Shown: in pieces, positions 1 through 13,860 of the stretch | Layout: the number at the start of each line of letters is the position of its first letter | How positions within the stretch are numbered: the first letter of the stretch is position 1 | Position numbers and translations under genes: made by a program | Assembly: GCA_016748015.1 (NCBI GenBank) | Contig: JAAOMT010000029.1 | Coordinates: 298,896-362,895 of the forward strand | Reading direction: 5' to 3' | DNA length: 64,000 nucleotides | Source of the DNA: Geosiphon pyriformis uo1 | Taxonomy: Eukaryota > Fungi > Glomeromycota | The notes under the pieces: model-generated | What the model was told of the DNA's origin: nothing | The model's input: only the letters and a program-made list of their open reading frames with translations | The model's database searches: none

Positions 1-1750
1 AGTACATTTAAATGTTAAATTTTTTTCAAACATGGTTTTAAAAAAAGCTATTTTGAATAAACAATTTCATTATTTGGTCTTAAAAGTTTTAAATTCTATT
101 AGTAATTACAGATTTCAATTTAGCTTTGTGTTAAAAAATATGTACAATAAATAAGATATATTTTAATAATTCTTTTTTTATGAAAAAATTATTAAATAAA
201 AAACAGTATTACTTTAACTAAAAGTGTTTTTAATATTAAAAAAACTTAATTTTAAAAATTTTATGTTTATTTAATCTATATTAATGATTAAATACTTGAA
301 TAATTATGTATTTAATAATATTAATTTAATTTAATTGCATATTTTATGCTCTAATAACTTGTGATTTTAGTATAATTTATAAAAACTTAATAAAAACCAA
401 TCTAATTAATATTAATATTTTTATAAATAAATCTTTAATAAATTTGAATTTTTTTATATAACCAATAGTACTTTAATATTTTTTAAGAATTTGGGTTTAA
501 ACATTAATATAGAAATATATAATCTAATTTTATTTATAATAACTAAATTATAAATAATTGTTTTAGTTTTGAAATACATTTAATATTTAATAATATTATA
601 ATAAACATAAATAATTAGACTGTTTTAAATATTTGTGTCTTAAAAACTTGTTTTTTTTTATTAGATTTTTAGATTTATTGTTAATTAAAAAAGCAATATA
701 TAATAAATATTATAAAAAAAATTAAAAGTTATTTAAACCAAGATTAAGAGTTATTTAATTATTTTATTAGTTTAGTAATATTGTTATCTTTTTTATTTTT
801 TGTTTTAGTATTAAAAAATATATAAAAACTAATATAATAGTAGTTTTTATTAATATTAAATATTTATTATATTTAAAGTAATTAGTTATTATTAAAAATT
901 TAGTTTTAATACAAATATTATTAATTAAAAAATATAAATTGAATATATTTTTTTTTAGTTTAGCATTTTGACTTATATATAACTGCTAAATATATAAACA
1001 AATATTTTGTTAATTTGTATTTATACATTATAAAAATTATTTATAAAAGATTACTAATTATTATTAAAAAATATTTATAAAATAAATTATATTTTAATAT
1101 TTTGTATTTTTATTATAATAAAATAAAACTTTTTAATTATATGTTTATATATAATATAAATTTAAATATTTATAAAAATTTGTTAATTGTTCATATTATT
1201 TATTAAATTTTTCTAATTTATATATATGTCTTATTATTTTTAATATTTTAAATACTGCTTTTTAGTAAAATTAATATTAAATTATATATGATTTATATAA
1301 AAAATTTATTTTTAAGAAATAATTTTGTAAAGTATTTACAGTTTTAATATTGTTAAAAAAACAGTTTTTAAGTTAATTATTTTTATATATAATTTAGTAA
1401 TTAAATATTATGATAAAATTTAATTATATAAAAAATTAATATAAATAAATTTAATTTAATATACAATAATAATTTAATGCTTTTTGCTATTAGTAATTTG
1501 TTATTAAATAAAATAATTTAATTATTTGATATAATTAAAATTTTTGGCATAAGTTTTAAAACATATATATATTGTTTGTTTTATTTAAATCTAAATAATA
1601 ATATTACTATTAAAATAAATATATAGTATAATTTTAATTAATTCAAGTAATTAATTATATATAATAAATATATAAATTATATTAAGTTTAAAATACTTAA
1701 TTATTAAATTATATTAAATAATAATTAGACTTTATATATTAAAAAAAAAT
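1..1750 (+). mobile_element. LINE remnant (3' part of ORF2 and 3' UTR), extremely decayed
   Basis: The first 130 nt read as a decayed DVRFFSNVVLKKAI..KQF.YLV..VL..I..Y..QFSFV, matching 6400-6520 and the intact copy. The 3' end at 1600-1750 parallels 8490-8645 (ORF2 stop, ~110-nt UTR, A-rich tail). Confidence 0.75.
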
Positions 1751-2050
1751 TATTAAGTTTATATAAATATTTTTATGTTTTTATATTTTAATTAAAATTT
1801 AATTATTTTTGGTTTTTGTATTTATTATTTATTATAAAAAATTATTATAATTTTAATATATTATAAAAATTATATTGATTTAAATAAATAATATTTTTAA
1901 AACTAATTAAAAAAATCTTTTTTCTTTCTTATATTCAAATATTTATTAAAAAGTACTTATTTTATAAAGAAGTTTTTAATTATTTAGTATGATAAATCCA
2001 AATTTTTTCTATTTAACTATAAGACTATTGTTGATTCTAATGTAACTGTT

Positions 2051-3834
2051 ATGAAAAAATCTGTTAAAAATTATGGTTTTGACAATAATAGCAAACAAAT
2101 TTTTCTTAGAAAAAAAAGAAAAAGTAATATTTTAAAAAACAATAACAAAATAGTTTTTATTAAGGCTTTAACTGATTATTTTTAGAATTTTAAGACTGGT
2201 AATATTACTAAATTTGATAGTATTAATATAGAAAAAAAAATTTTGGTAGAAGAAATCAGTGTTAATTATGATAAAAAACACATTTTTAATGAAAAAAATT
2301 TCAACTAAATGCCAAAAAATTCACAAGTTAAAACCAAAAAAGCTTTAAGTACATCTCTAAGGAAAATAAACTTCTTAAATAATAATAATAATAATAATGA
2401 TATCTTGTTGGATATTTCACCAAATTTCTTTCTTTCTTTAAAAAATCTGGTTTCTGTTTCTGTTAAGAAATCTTTTGCTTTAAATATTGGTTTGAATAAT
2501 ATTGTTGAAAAGTTTTTTCAAGAAAAACTTATGGTAATAAGAAAATTATTTTCAAAAATCAATGGTTTTAAAGGGGCTTTTATTCTTTTAAAATTTGCTG
2601 AAATTATTAGAATTGTATTTATTTTTGAATCAAGCTTGGTACTGATGACTATTTTGACAAAAACTAAGGATATTACTGTAAACACCAATCTCAAAAAATC
2701 AATTATACATTTAAATTAAACTGTGGTAATAAAAAAGATTCTAATCAAAATATTGGCTAATGTTGTATGTGCTGTACTATCCAAATTTGATAAAATCAAG
2801 TCAATCAAAATACAATTAATAGAGCTGTAACAAAAAGTTGTGGTTGAATTTGGTTATTTAAATCAAACCAATTTAGTTATAGCAATATAATCTGTCTTAA
2901 TTAGAAAGAATATAGTGTGTGTAATCAGAGTTGATACAAACAAAAAATTATGAAATACAAAGAACAAAAATAAGATACTGCTTTATACATTACCAGTAGA
3001 AACAAATACTTATAATATTTGGAATTTTATTGGTTTTATAGGTAGAAAAACATGTGTTATAAATTATTATCCAATCACATATGTTTGAATTAGGTATACA
3101 GTAGTCTGTTTTAATTTTGTTAAATTATTAAAAATCATTATAAAAACCACACTAGTGCTAAAAAACACCAATTTGCATTGGTTATGTCTGAGTTTGGTTA
3201 AGTATGCCAAGTACAAAAATTTAGATTATATATTATTGGACTGCATTATTAGTAAAAAAGTGTTTTTTGGTAGTTTAATTATAGAAGCTTATCAAAAACA
3301 GATAAAAGCAGACTGGCAAACATCTATGTCAAACATTTGGCACTTATTACTTGATTTGTCTTTTTTGGTAGTATTTTTTGGACTAAAATAGATAGTAGAA
3401 CATCTTTTTTTCTTCTTTCTATGCAAAATAGTTCTGTGAAATTTGGGTTTTTTTCGAAAATAAAACCTATTCTACTTGTGTCTAATGAATTAAATATTAG
3501 GTTTGCTGCTCTTAAGCACAGTTTTACTAGTCTTATAAGACAAGTTAATAAGTTGGCTGAGAAGTTAGACAAACTTAAGCCAATAGTTTCTTAGTCTAGC
3601 CTTAAAAATCAGTCATTAATAACCTCTTTATTACAAAATTAAAAGATAGATACAGTAATAAGTAAAAGTTCAGGTTTGGCCACTTGTAATAAAACTATAG
3701 TAAGAGCAACATTTTTAGACTTTTTGGTAGTGTATAAATTAAAAAACAATTTAAAATGTCTTTTAGATACAATTTTAGGCCTCTTAGCCAAGATAGACAA
3801 ATTTGGTTTGGTTTTGAAATTTTTTTTACCTTAA
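2051..3834 (+). pseudogene. LINE ORF1, decayed
   Basis: ORF fragments 2309-2719 and 3155-3391 align with the 595-aa ORF1 (KSFALNIGL, KLMVIRKLFS, NLHWLCL). Confidence 0.85.
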
Positions 3835-6800
3835 TAACCAGTTTTGTTTGGAAAATTGCTACATGTAATATTAAGAACATAAACAATTTGACAAAACAAA
3901 AAGATATTATTAAGTAGCATAGAAAATTTGGCAATTTGATTTTTATTGTAACTAAAACAAAATTAAAAAAACAAATTAGACTTTGGATTAAAAACAAATT
4001 TGTAAACTTGAAAATGTTTGTATCTGATTTGAACACCAGTTATTTGGGTTTAGAAGTGGTAATAATAATAGATAAACTCTTTGTTCAATATGTGTATAAG
4101 ATCTCTAAAATTACTGGTTATCTTCTCTCACTTCAAGTGTTGTTTAGCAAAAATGTTTTAATAATTATTCTGGGTCTTTATACAAATGTTTTTGCTAAAA
4201 TATAATTTAATTAAGCTGATAAGATGAATTTGTGTATTGTCAAGGCAATCAACATGAGTTTTTATGTGGTTTTAGAAGATGACTTCAATAAAAATAGAGC
4301 AAAGCAATATACAAGCTTAAAAAAATATTTTGATTTGGGTTTGTACAATTCTATGTTAAGCATTAAAATAGTTAATTTTCCAACATGAAGTAATTTAAAA
4401 AACATTAAAAAGATTATTAATTATATTTTTGTTAGTAAACATCTTTTAACAACAGTAGTTAAGTAAAAAATTAGTAGTGTTTCTAATTTTTTCAATACTA
4501 ATTATTTAATTATTGTGGTTTTATTTGGTTTAAACAGTCTTTTGGATGTAAATTTAAATACTATTCAAAAACATTCCAATAGAAATTAATAGAAATTTGG
4601 TTTTAAGAATGCTAATTCATCAAAATAAACTTAATTTAAGAAATATTCATCAATTAGAATATCTTAATTATATTATAAGTTTCAGAATACAAAGGAAAAA
4701 AGCAATTTAAATACAATATAAGATCTTGTAAAATTGATCATTGTTAGATCAGCAGACAAAATATTTTCCATAAATTGGTTCAAGGATTTCAATGATTTTA
4801 AAAACAAACAGTTTTTTAAGTACTATAAATTCTGGTTTTGAGAGTAGCTAAAGCTTTTACTTTCAGAAATATTGCTAAGTTTGATTATTTTAGACAAGTT
4901 TAGTTAAGATTAAATATTAATAGTTTAAGTGGTTTGTTTTTTCTAGTTAAATATAAAACTAAGAATAAAGAAGTTCTTTTGTATTTGTCAAAATTTAAAA
5001 AAAATATTGAAGATCCAAGTATTAGAAATTTAAGACTAAAAAGGCAGTTAATATTAAAAGCATAATTAATAAAAGAATAAAAAATTTTAGTTCTAATAAG
5101 GACAGCATAATCAAAAGTATTTTAGAGTAAATATTTCAAAATGTGATTCTAAATTATCTGGTAATTGGAGAAAAATTGGTTTTGGAATTAGATGAAATAA
5201 AACACAAGATTGATAAAATTATAGAAAATTGAACAAAAAAACATAAAGTTTTTTTAGTTTTGCTTAATTCATGGACTTGTTAATATACAATTTTGGCATA
5301 TATAAATAAAAATATTTTCTTTAGTGTGATGAGTGCTATTAGCAAAATAGATTTGATTTCAGTAATTAACAACCTGCTTAATGACAAAGCTGCTAGTTTA
5401 TTTAACATAACTAATAAACTTTAGAAAAATTATAATAATGTGATAGTAGATTGTTTTTTGGTTTTATTAAATACTTGTCTAATTCTTAGAGACATTTTTG
5501 TTTTTTAGAAAAGTGTGTGAGTTTTAATCATCTTCTAAGTTATATAATTAAGATGGAGTTTTAATTAATATATGGCCCATTGTATTAATTAAAACTGCCA
5601 GAAAGATCTTTGTCCAAAATTCTGTTAGATTATATTTTATCTGTCTGTAACAAGTTTAATGTTCTCTATGATAACAATTTCTCAGTTTTAAAAAATACTT
5701 CAATTCAATTTTCAATATTTGCTGTTGGTTTTATTATAAAAAATGTTTTGAAAAAAAAACAAAAACTCTGACTGGTTTTACAAAACATGCATAAAGCTTA
5801 TAACTCAGTTAGATAGTATTATTTAAAAGCTAGTTTAAAATAAGTTAGAATATGTAACAGATTTATTGATTTTTTTGGAAACATACATAAAAACAAAATC
5901 AACAGAGTAATAACAGATTTTGGTTTTTCAAGTAATTACAAAATGCACAATAGACTAGATTAAAATAAAATTTTCTTATCACTTCTTTAAAGAATTTTTT
6001 ATAATTTTTTACTGTGTAAAATAAAGTATTAAGAATATTTGTGTGAATACTAGATTAATACTAATTTTGTGGCTAAAACAAGCAGAATAAAAGTTAGTAG
6101 AAAGAAAACTTTTTTCTTTGCAACTGGTGCTTTTATGAATAACACAATTTGAATAGGAAATAGTTAGACTTTAATGTAATATATTTTGCACTTAACTAAT
6201 CAGTTTTTTAAAATTAATAATATTTCCATTAACAATAAAAAAACAGTTGTGATCCTTATTAACCAGAAAGTTGTATCTCCTTTATTACATATTGGCAGTC
6301 AATCTATTTTTATTGCCAAGCATAAGAAATCTTACAAATATCTAGAAATTTTTTTGTTAACAGAAAGTATATTTAAGCTGAGTTTTATTAAGATATATTC
6401 AGACATCAGATTTTTTTCAAACATAATTCTTAAGAAAACTCTATTAAATAAGCAAGTTTTTTACTTAGTTTTAGTAGTTTTATAGCCTATTATTAGTTAC
6501 TAGATACAATTTAGTTTTGTGTCTAAGAGTATGTGTCAAAAGTAGAATGTTATAATTAAGAAAAGACTTAAATCAAAAATTAATTTGCTAAAAAACTTTC
6601 TCAATAAGACTTTGTATTATCTATTATTATATGAACTTAAATTATTTAAGCAGCTTTAGGCTAAAAACAAAGTGGCTTTGTTAATTTGGTTCTCTAATAT
6701 AGCAAAGATTTTTGATAATTTATTTGTGTATTAATTTCTGTATTTACAAATTGTAGACTGGGCACCAAGAAATCTATTACAATTTCTTGTCAAGTTGAAA

Positions 6801-8513
6801 GTCTATCTCATAAACAATTTTTTGGCAAACATGGCAAGAATTTTTTTAAATAACAATATTTTTTTGGAAAATAAGTTACTTTGTGTATTTTGATCTTTTA
6901 ATTATTTTTCTATGTTGGAAATTTTGAATGACTCATATTACTTTAATGTAACTTGCTCTTTAAAATATTTTAGTATTGTTTTTAGTAATAAATTATTAGA
7001 CAAACATGATTTTATTATGAATTGAAAAACTTTTTGTCATTGGAAAATACTGAATTTAAAAAGCTCTATACCAATATAATTTGTAAAAGCTGCTAATTAT
7101 ATGAACAACTTTTTTGTTAACCTTGTTGAATACAGTTCTGATCTTAATAGTTTAGAATTTTATAGCTTAAATAAATTCTTAGATGTTTAAAAGCATTTAT
7201 ATGAATTTTGGGTAGGAGAAATTGACATTTATATCAATAGTTCTCTGTATAATCTAGGTATTATTAATGTAACAAGTAAAATAACTGTGTATTTTTCTAA
7301 GATCAGAATAGATTTTGGTGTAAAAGTTTCTAATTTGCTATCATTAAAATTATTAAAATTACAGACTATTGCTCTAGCTTTAAAATATGTCTCTTTATTA
7401 TGTTTAGTTATTTTATATACAGACAGCCAAGCTATCATAAATGTATGTATATTAGAGCTTACACTGCTTATGTCTGATTTTCGAAATAAATGCTAAATTA
7501 AAAAATATTATATGATTAATTTAATTAGATCTAAAGATATTTTTGTTAAGTAAGTAAAGATTAAAAATTATTTAAAAAATGCTAATAATAATAAAGCTGA
7601 TGATCTTATAAACATTATAGTATAGTCTTGTATTTTTTTACTTACTAATATACATAAAAATTTTATTTTGACAAATAAATCAGTTGTTTTGGGCAATACT
7701 TAATATTTTGTCTGCAATATATATTAGATAATTAATTATGTTCAATAGAAAATAAATTTAAGTATAGGGATTTTATAGAACTCTTTTATTTAAACTATTG
7801 ATTAACACTATACTGTTTTAATATGGCATCTTAATTTTCATATGCTTTCTAATTATATTAGCAGACTTTTAGCAGCTCTTCACATATATTTAATAAAAAC
7901 AGTTCATAGAAAATTGTCAATTGTAGTTAAGAAAAGACTTTATAATATAGAATATTCAGATATGTTGTGTCTGTTTTGTAGTAATATTATATTATTTGAT
8001 TATGTTTTTATCTGTCCAAAAAACACTTCAGCATGTTCTGAAATTTTGTTAGATTATGTCAAATTGTGGACTTCTTTAATAAAATTTTGCTTTTTATTAA
8101 TTTCTTTAATGTTATGTACTTTTTTATTAAAAATATCAAATATTAGTATTTATGAAATTTTATATAAAGAATTTGTTTTTAAGAATTGGATAAGTAAAAT
8201 TGTTTTTAGGATTGAGAATAAAAAAAATATTATGGTGATGATGGCTGATTTTGTTTGGTATTTAGTTAATGTATATTATAATAAATTATGGAATTTTAGG
8301 TTTAAGTATAGAATTAATATAAAAAAAAGTAATTTAATAAAGAATACAAAAATTCTGTCTAAGATATATAGTGATTTGTCTGGATTTTTTTTGTTTAAAA
8401 TAATTTGTATATTTGAGATTATTGAATTGTTTGCTGTTAATTTTAGATTTCACAAGATCTATTTGTTTTTTTTGGGTTTAAATAATAAGTTAGAGGTTAA
8501 TATAAATGTATAG
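3834..8513 (+). pseudogene. LINE ORF2 (APE-RT-RNase H-CCHC), decayed
   Basis: Begins FVWKIATCNI. Fragments 3936-4205, 6186-6485, 7287-7496 and 7842-8513 are colinear with ORF2 of the intact copy. Confidence 0.85.
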
Positions 8514-8649
8514 TATGATTTTAATTGACTTAAATAACCAGTCATATATAGTAAGTACATAAGTTATATTTAGTTTAATATACTTAGTTTGTTTCTGTAT
8601 GTTAAATAATAATTATATTGTACTTGTAAAATAATAATAAAAAAATATT

Positions 8650-10335
8650 ATAATAAAAATATTTTTGCTTTTTATAATCTAAAAAAAAATAAGTATTAAA
8701 ATAAATAAAAATTTAATTTTTTTAGTAATTTTAAAAACATTAATAAATATTATATAAATCTATTTTTGAATTTATAATTTGAATATAAAATATTAATTAG
8801 TATTATAATTTATAAAATACATTATATTTTAATTATTTATATATCTTATTGTCTTTAAAATCTGTAAAAAAGTCTTAATAAATTAATTTAAAACTTGTTT
8901 TTATTAATAAAAATATAAGCAATTGAATAATATAATTAATTTTTTTATTAAAATTTGATAATTTATAGTTTTTAAAAAAAATTTATAATATTAGCAATAG
9001 TTATATTAATAATTATTTTGGTTTTTTATTGTAATATTTTTTTATATTATCATAAATATATATTATTATATTATTTATTATTAAATTATTTTTGATATTT
9101 TTTAAATAAGAATAACTAATTTTATGATAAAATAACATATTATAATTTCAATAATAAAAGTTTTCTTATTAGTACATATTTTTTTTAAGATAATAATTTA
9201 AAGTTTATTTATTGTTTTTAGTAAGCTATTAAAAATATATCTTATTTAAATTTAAAAAAAACTTAAAATATTTTATATAATTTAGCAATTTTTTTTTAAA
9301 TTTTTTTTAAGTAATTACAATTATAATTTATTTTTAAGAAATATACTGTTTTTTTATATTTAATTAAATTATTATAATTATAATTTTTTATAATTTTTAT
9401 AATTTTGTAATTTTTTAATACTATATTTAACATAATATAATTGCATATTTTTTTATAATATATATAAAGTTTTATTACTGTATTAATATATATTAAATTT
9501 AAAATAATTTATTATTGTTAATTTAATTATTAAAAAAAATTTAAATATGTTATATTAGTATTTAATAACAATTAATTTGGTATTATAATATTAAAAAATA
9601 AGTTAAATTTATTAATTTGTTACAAATTTTGTTGGAATTTGCTTTTTAAAAACATTAACAATAAATCTGCAAAAAACATTTTTATAATATTTATTTTTGC
9701 TAAAAAAATATTATTAATTTATAAATTTTTTCTTAATATATAAACTTACACTTATATAATTTACTTATTTTTTATTGTTTACTTATTTTTTTTCTTTTTA
9801 AAAAATATAAATAAAATTTAATAATACTTTTTTTTAGATTTTTTTATGATCTGAATTTTTTAATTTTTATTCGAAATTAAAAAAAATAATATAAAAAATT
9901 ATTATCTGTTTTAAAATTTTTATTATTTTATTATTTAAAAACTTAAAACAATTTATTCTAAATAAAAATATATATATTATTTTTTAGTTAAGTTTTTTAG
10001 TTTGGCCAGTTTTAAACTTAATATATAAATAAATAACAAGTCTTTTCTATTTTTAATTTTTGATATATTTAAAGAATTAACAAATTACTTATTAATATAT
10101 TTAAGTTGTTAATAAATTTTTAAATATTTTTTATTATAATATACAAAAATTTTATTGGTAAAAACTTATTTAAAAAACATTTTGGCTAATTAAAAATTAA
10201 AAAATATTGTTTATTTATAAACAATATTAAAATTATTAAATTAGCTATTTGTTATTTAAGTTTAAAAATAATAATTTTAAATCTTTTTCTTGTTAATTTT
10301 CTGACCATAATAAGAGCAAAAGATTTATTGAAGAA
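8650..10335. other. Extremely AT-rich decayed sequence, origin unassigned (probably an old repeat)
   Basis: Almost no C/G, no ORF, and no recognisable motif; the composition matches the most decayed element copies. Confidence 0.35.
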
Positions 10336-12975
10336 CTAGTTTTTCTTTTCTTCTTTTTTTTTTGCTCTTTTTAGTTATTTTTTCATATATAATTTTTTTT
10401 ATTACAATAAAACTGGCAAGCATGCTTGTTAATGATTTTGGTTTTGGTTTGATTAGTTTGGAGATTTATCTAAGCACCAAAAAAAAACATGTAGAAAGTG
10501 TCTACTTCTACAATGCATCTTATAAAAAACCAAAAAAGCCTGTAGTTAATAGTGTGATTGACTTGTTTGTTGGTTTTTTGAGCCTAAAAGATATTAGTAG
10601 AACTGGCATCAAGCCAATAGTATTTTGGAAAAGTAATATTGATAGTATTGTGAATAATATTAGTGGTTTTTTAGATGTTGAGAATATAAAAAATACAGTT
10701 ACTAAAAAAATGAGTTATACAAATTCAAATACTTTAGTAAACAATAAAAATATAAACAAAACCACACCAAAAAAAACTTGCACTTAAATATATGTATTGA
10801 ATTACTCTTTAAAAGCACTTTTATTTATTAATATAAGCAATAATAATGATAGTCTAATGTTTCTGTTTCTTAAGTTAGTTGGCTCTAAGCAGTTATTATT
10901 ACTCAGATTATGTGTTTTGGAAAAGCAAAACTTTGAGCCTGTTAAATTGTTTATATTAGATGTTGAGCTGTTTGTTGTGCTTAACAAAACTAATAGTGAT
11001 AAGTTAATTACTATAAAAAAAATCTTCTATTATATGGATGATTTTAGAAGAATTTTTACTTTCTCAAAATTTTTTAAGATAATTAGATCTTTTTTTATAT
11101 TTGAATCAAATTTAAAAAAAGCAAAAATATTGACAGTTAGTAAAAAAATTCTGGTTAATAATAACATTTGAAAACCAAACAATCATACAAATTAGAAAGT
11201 AATTATCAAAAAAACTTCTGTAAATTTTTCTAAATTGGCAGTGAATTTGGTTTTTTTTAAATTTGGCAATATTATTTCAATTAAAATACAGCTAATTGGT
11301 CTTTGGCAAAAGGCCTTAGTTAAGTTTAAATCATTAAATATTGTTAACTCAATTGTTTTTAACTAGTTAGTTCTTATAAGAAAAAATTCTATGTACATAG
11401 TTTTGGTAATTAATAATAAACAGTTGTAAATATTCAAGAATTTTTATTAGGCTTTGCTATATACTTTGTCAGTTAGCACTACTGCTTATAATCTTTCTGA
11501 TTTACTAGAATTATATGATGAAAAGATTTGTTTTATTGGCCATAATCCAAATTCATATATGTATAACAGATGTATTGTAATTTGTTTTGCTGATAAAGCT
11601 TCTAAAAAAGTTGCTATTAGTTTTATGCTGGTTTTTAAAAGTGTGAATTTGTGCTGAATTAGTCTTTTTTTGGCTCACTGTACTTAATGCACTTATTTTA
11701 GTTATGCTTCTAGTGTGTATTTAGTGAGTGGAAATTTAGATAATCATAATAAATAGTTGTTTATCTTTTAAAATCAAATTTGTCTAGCAAACATATATAA
11801 AAAAAGCAGACACCAATCATTCATTTTATTTTATTTGGTAAAAAGACTTAGGTACAGATTGCTAATAATTCCACTTCTTGTGTAGTATCTTTGGTTTTTT
11901 CTAGTATTGGTTTATTTTTGAATGTTAAACCACTCTCACTGGTTTTTTTGAACACAAATAATAAGTTTATTATTTTTAAATACAGTTTTATCAGCTTTGC
12001 AGAGCAAGTTAACAAGCTGGCTAAGAGATTGGATACATTTAAGCTAATGATTTCTTAGTCTAATCATGAATGTTAGCCATTGGTAACCCTTTTATTACAG
12101 AATGAAGGAATGAATATAGTAATAAGTAAGAATTTAGGTGTATTCACTTATAGTGAGATTGTTGTAAAAGCAGTGTTTTTAAATTTATTGGTGGTTTCTA
12201 AATTAAAAGACAGCTTAATAAGTCTTTCAGATATAGTTATAGATCTTTTAACTAAAGTTGACAATCTTGTTTTGGAATTAAAGTCTTATTCTTTTTAATA
12301 ACAAGTCTAATTGGAAGATTATTATATGTAACATTTAAAGCCTTAATGTTTCTATCAAACAAAATAATGTTGTTTGTTGGCATATAGAATTGGAAAATAT
12401 GATTTTGATCATTACAGAAACTAAATTAAAATCTAATATTAAGTCATAGATCATAAATAAGTTTGATAAAGTTTGAATTTTTACTTTTGGTTTAGATGTT
12501 GGTTTTTTTGGTGTAAGTATTGCCATAATTATAAACAGTTTTTTGGCTTGTTATGTTTCTAAGATAGATAAAATTCTAGGTTATTTAATTTCCATATAAC
12601 TCTTGTTTAAAGGCAAGTTTTTGGTTACTATTTTGGGTTTATATGTTAGGACATTTGCTAGTATATGGTTTAATTAGACTTCTATTATTAACTCCATTAT
12701 TTCTAAAGCAATCAATTCTAGCTTTTTCATGGTTTTAGGTAAAGATTTTAATAAAAATAGGTCCAAAAAGAGTGTAAGTTTCAAGTTTTGTTTGAATTTG
12801 GGTTTGGTTAATGTTTTTAATAAGTATTTTTTGGGTAAAACTTCTATTTGGAATATTTTTAAAGGTGTTGAAAAAGTGTTAAATTTTATATTTGTAAATA
12901 AGAATCTGGTATCTGTAGTTATAAGTTATAAAGTTAATATTATGTTGGAATTTTTTAATACTGATCATAAAGCAG

Positions 12976-13860
12976 TGTTACAGATAATTATTTGGGGTCT
13001 CAAATCAAATAACAAATCCATAACTTGGTGCTCAATATCTTGACAATGCTGATGATACTGGTACATTGGTTGTATCTGAAGGTTTTAGAGTTGAGTCCTT
13101 TATATAATAAACAAAAATTCAATGATGATGTAGTTGGTTGGTGAGTTGTGTTCCCAATTTCTGTTTTCAGCTTGGTGGTTGGTTTATTCTGGTAGTTGTG
13201 CTCTTCTGGTAAGCTATCTGTTAATATATATATAATTTTACCCTTATTTCTGGGTTTTTTACCAGGCTATCTGTAACATCAATTACTCAGTACTTTAATT
13301 CTTAATCAGTTAGTATATGACAGTAAAAATCAAAAAAATAAAAAAATAAAAGAAAATAAAAAAATGAGCCAAGACAATGTGCATGTTAGTATCTCATCAA
13401 TAGCTGTGATCAAGAGCTATTGTTCCAGTGTGGTTAGGTATCAATTACTATCAACATAAAGTGTTGATAGTGGAGAGTGGATTTGAATAGTAAATGATTT
13501 ATTTATTTAATATTTGTGAATAAAAGATTTCTAACTAAAGAATTCTTATCTTTCTACTTCTAATACTACTGCTATATATACATAATTGATGTTCTATGAG
13601 ATCGCTTACATTCCCGAGCAATGTGCTATAATTTCTTGAACAATGCTCACATTGCTGAATGATGTGCCCTAATTTTCTAATATCACTTTATATTGCTAAG
13701 CAATGTGCCGTGTTTTCTGATATTGCTCCACATTGCTAAGTAATGTGCTGTGATTTCTATCATTGCTCTATATTGTTGAACAATGTGCTCATGTGCTACA
13801 TACTATTCACTCATTGGTCTACTATTCTCTCTATATCTGTTTTTCTTTTTATGAGTAATA
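12976..13860 (-). mobile_element. Solo LTR (family A), 885 bp, 4-bp TSD GCAG/GCAA
   Basis: Termini TGTTACAG...GAGTAATA (decayed TGTTAC..GTAACA), and the reverse complement matches the LTRs at 18142-18924 and 46241-47102. Removing it plus one TSD restores the LINE frame K-A-V-L-I-L-I-G-L. Confidence 0.93.
13605..13795. repeat. ~40-bp tandem repeat array in LTR U3 with palindromic core CACATTGCT-N-AGCAATGTG
   Basis: About 4-5 imperfect units. The same array has about 2 units at 18205-18280 and 4-5 units at 46305-46480. Confidence 0.85.

Larger units (their letters stand above)
1910..8645 (+). mobile_element. Full-length degenerate LINE, same family as 35998-42742
   Basis: The 5' UTR aligns with the reverse complement of 42600-42742 and ORF1 ATG is at 2051 (MKK). 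The ORF1/ORF2 junction is at 3832-3836. APE, RT, RNase H and CxxC..H..C remnants follow, with ORF2 stop at 8513 and an A-rich tail. Confidence 0.9.

Noticed and set aside
2376-2402. Poly-Asn (AAT)n tract as a functional repeat
   Set aside because: It is the G>A decay product of an acidic Asp/Gly-rich stretch in ORF1 (KDGSNDG in the intact copy).
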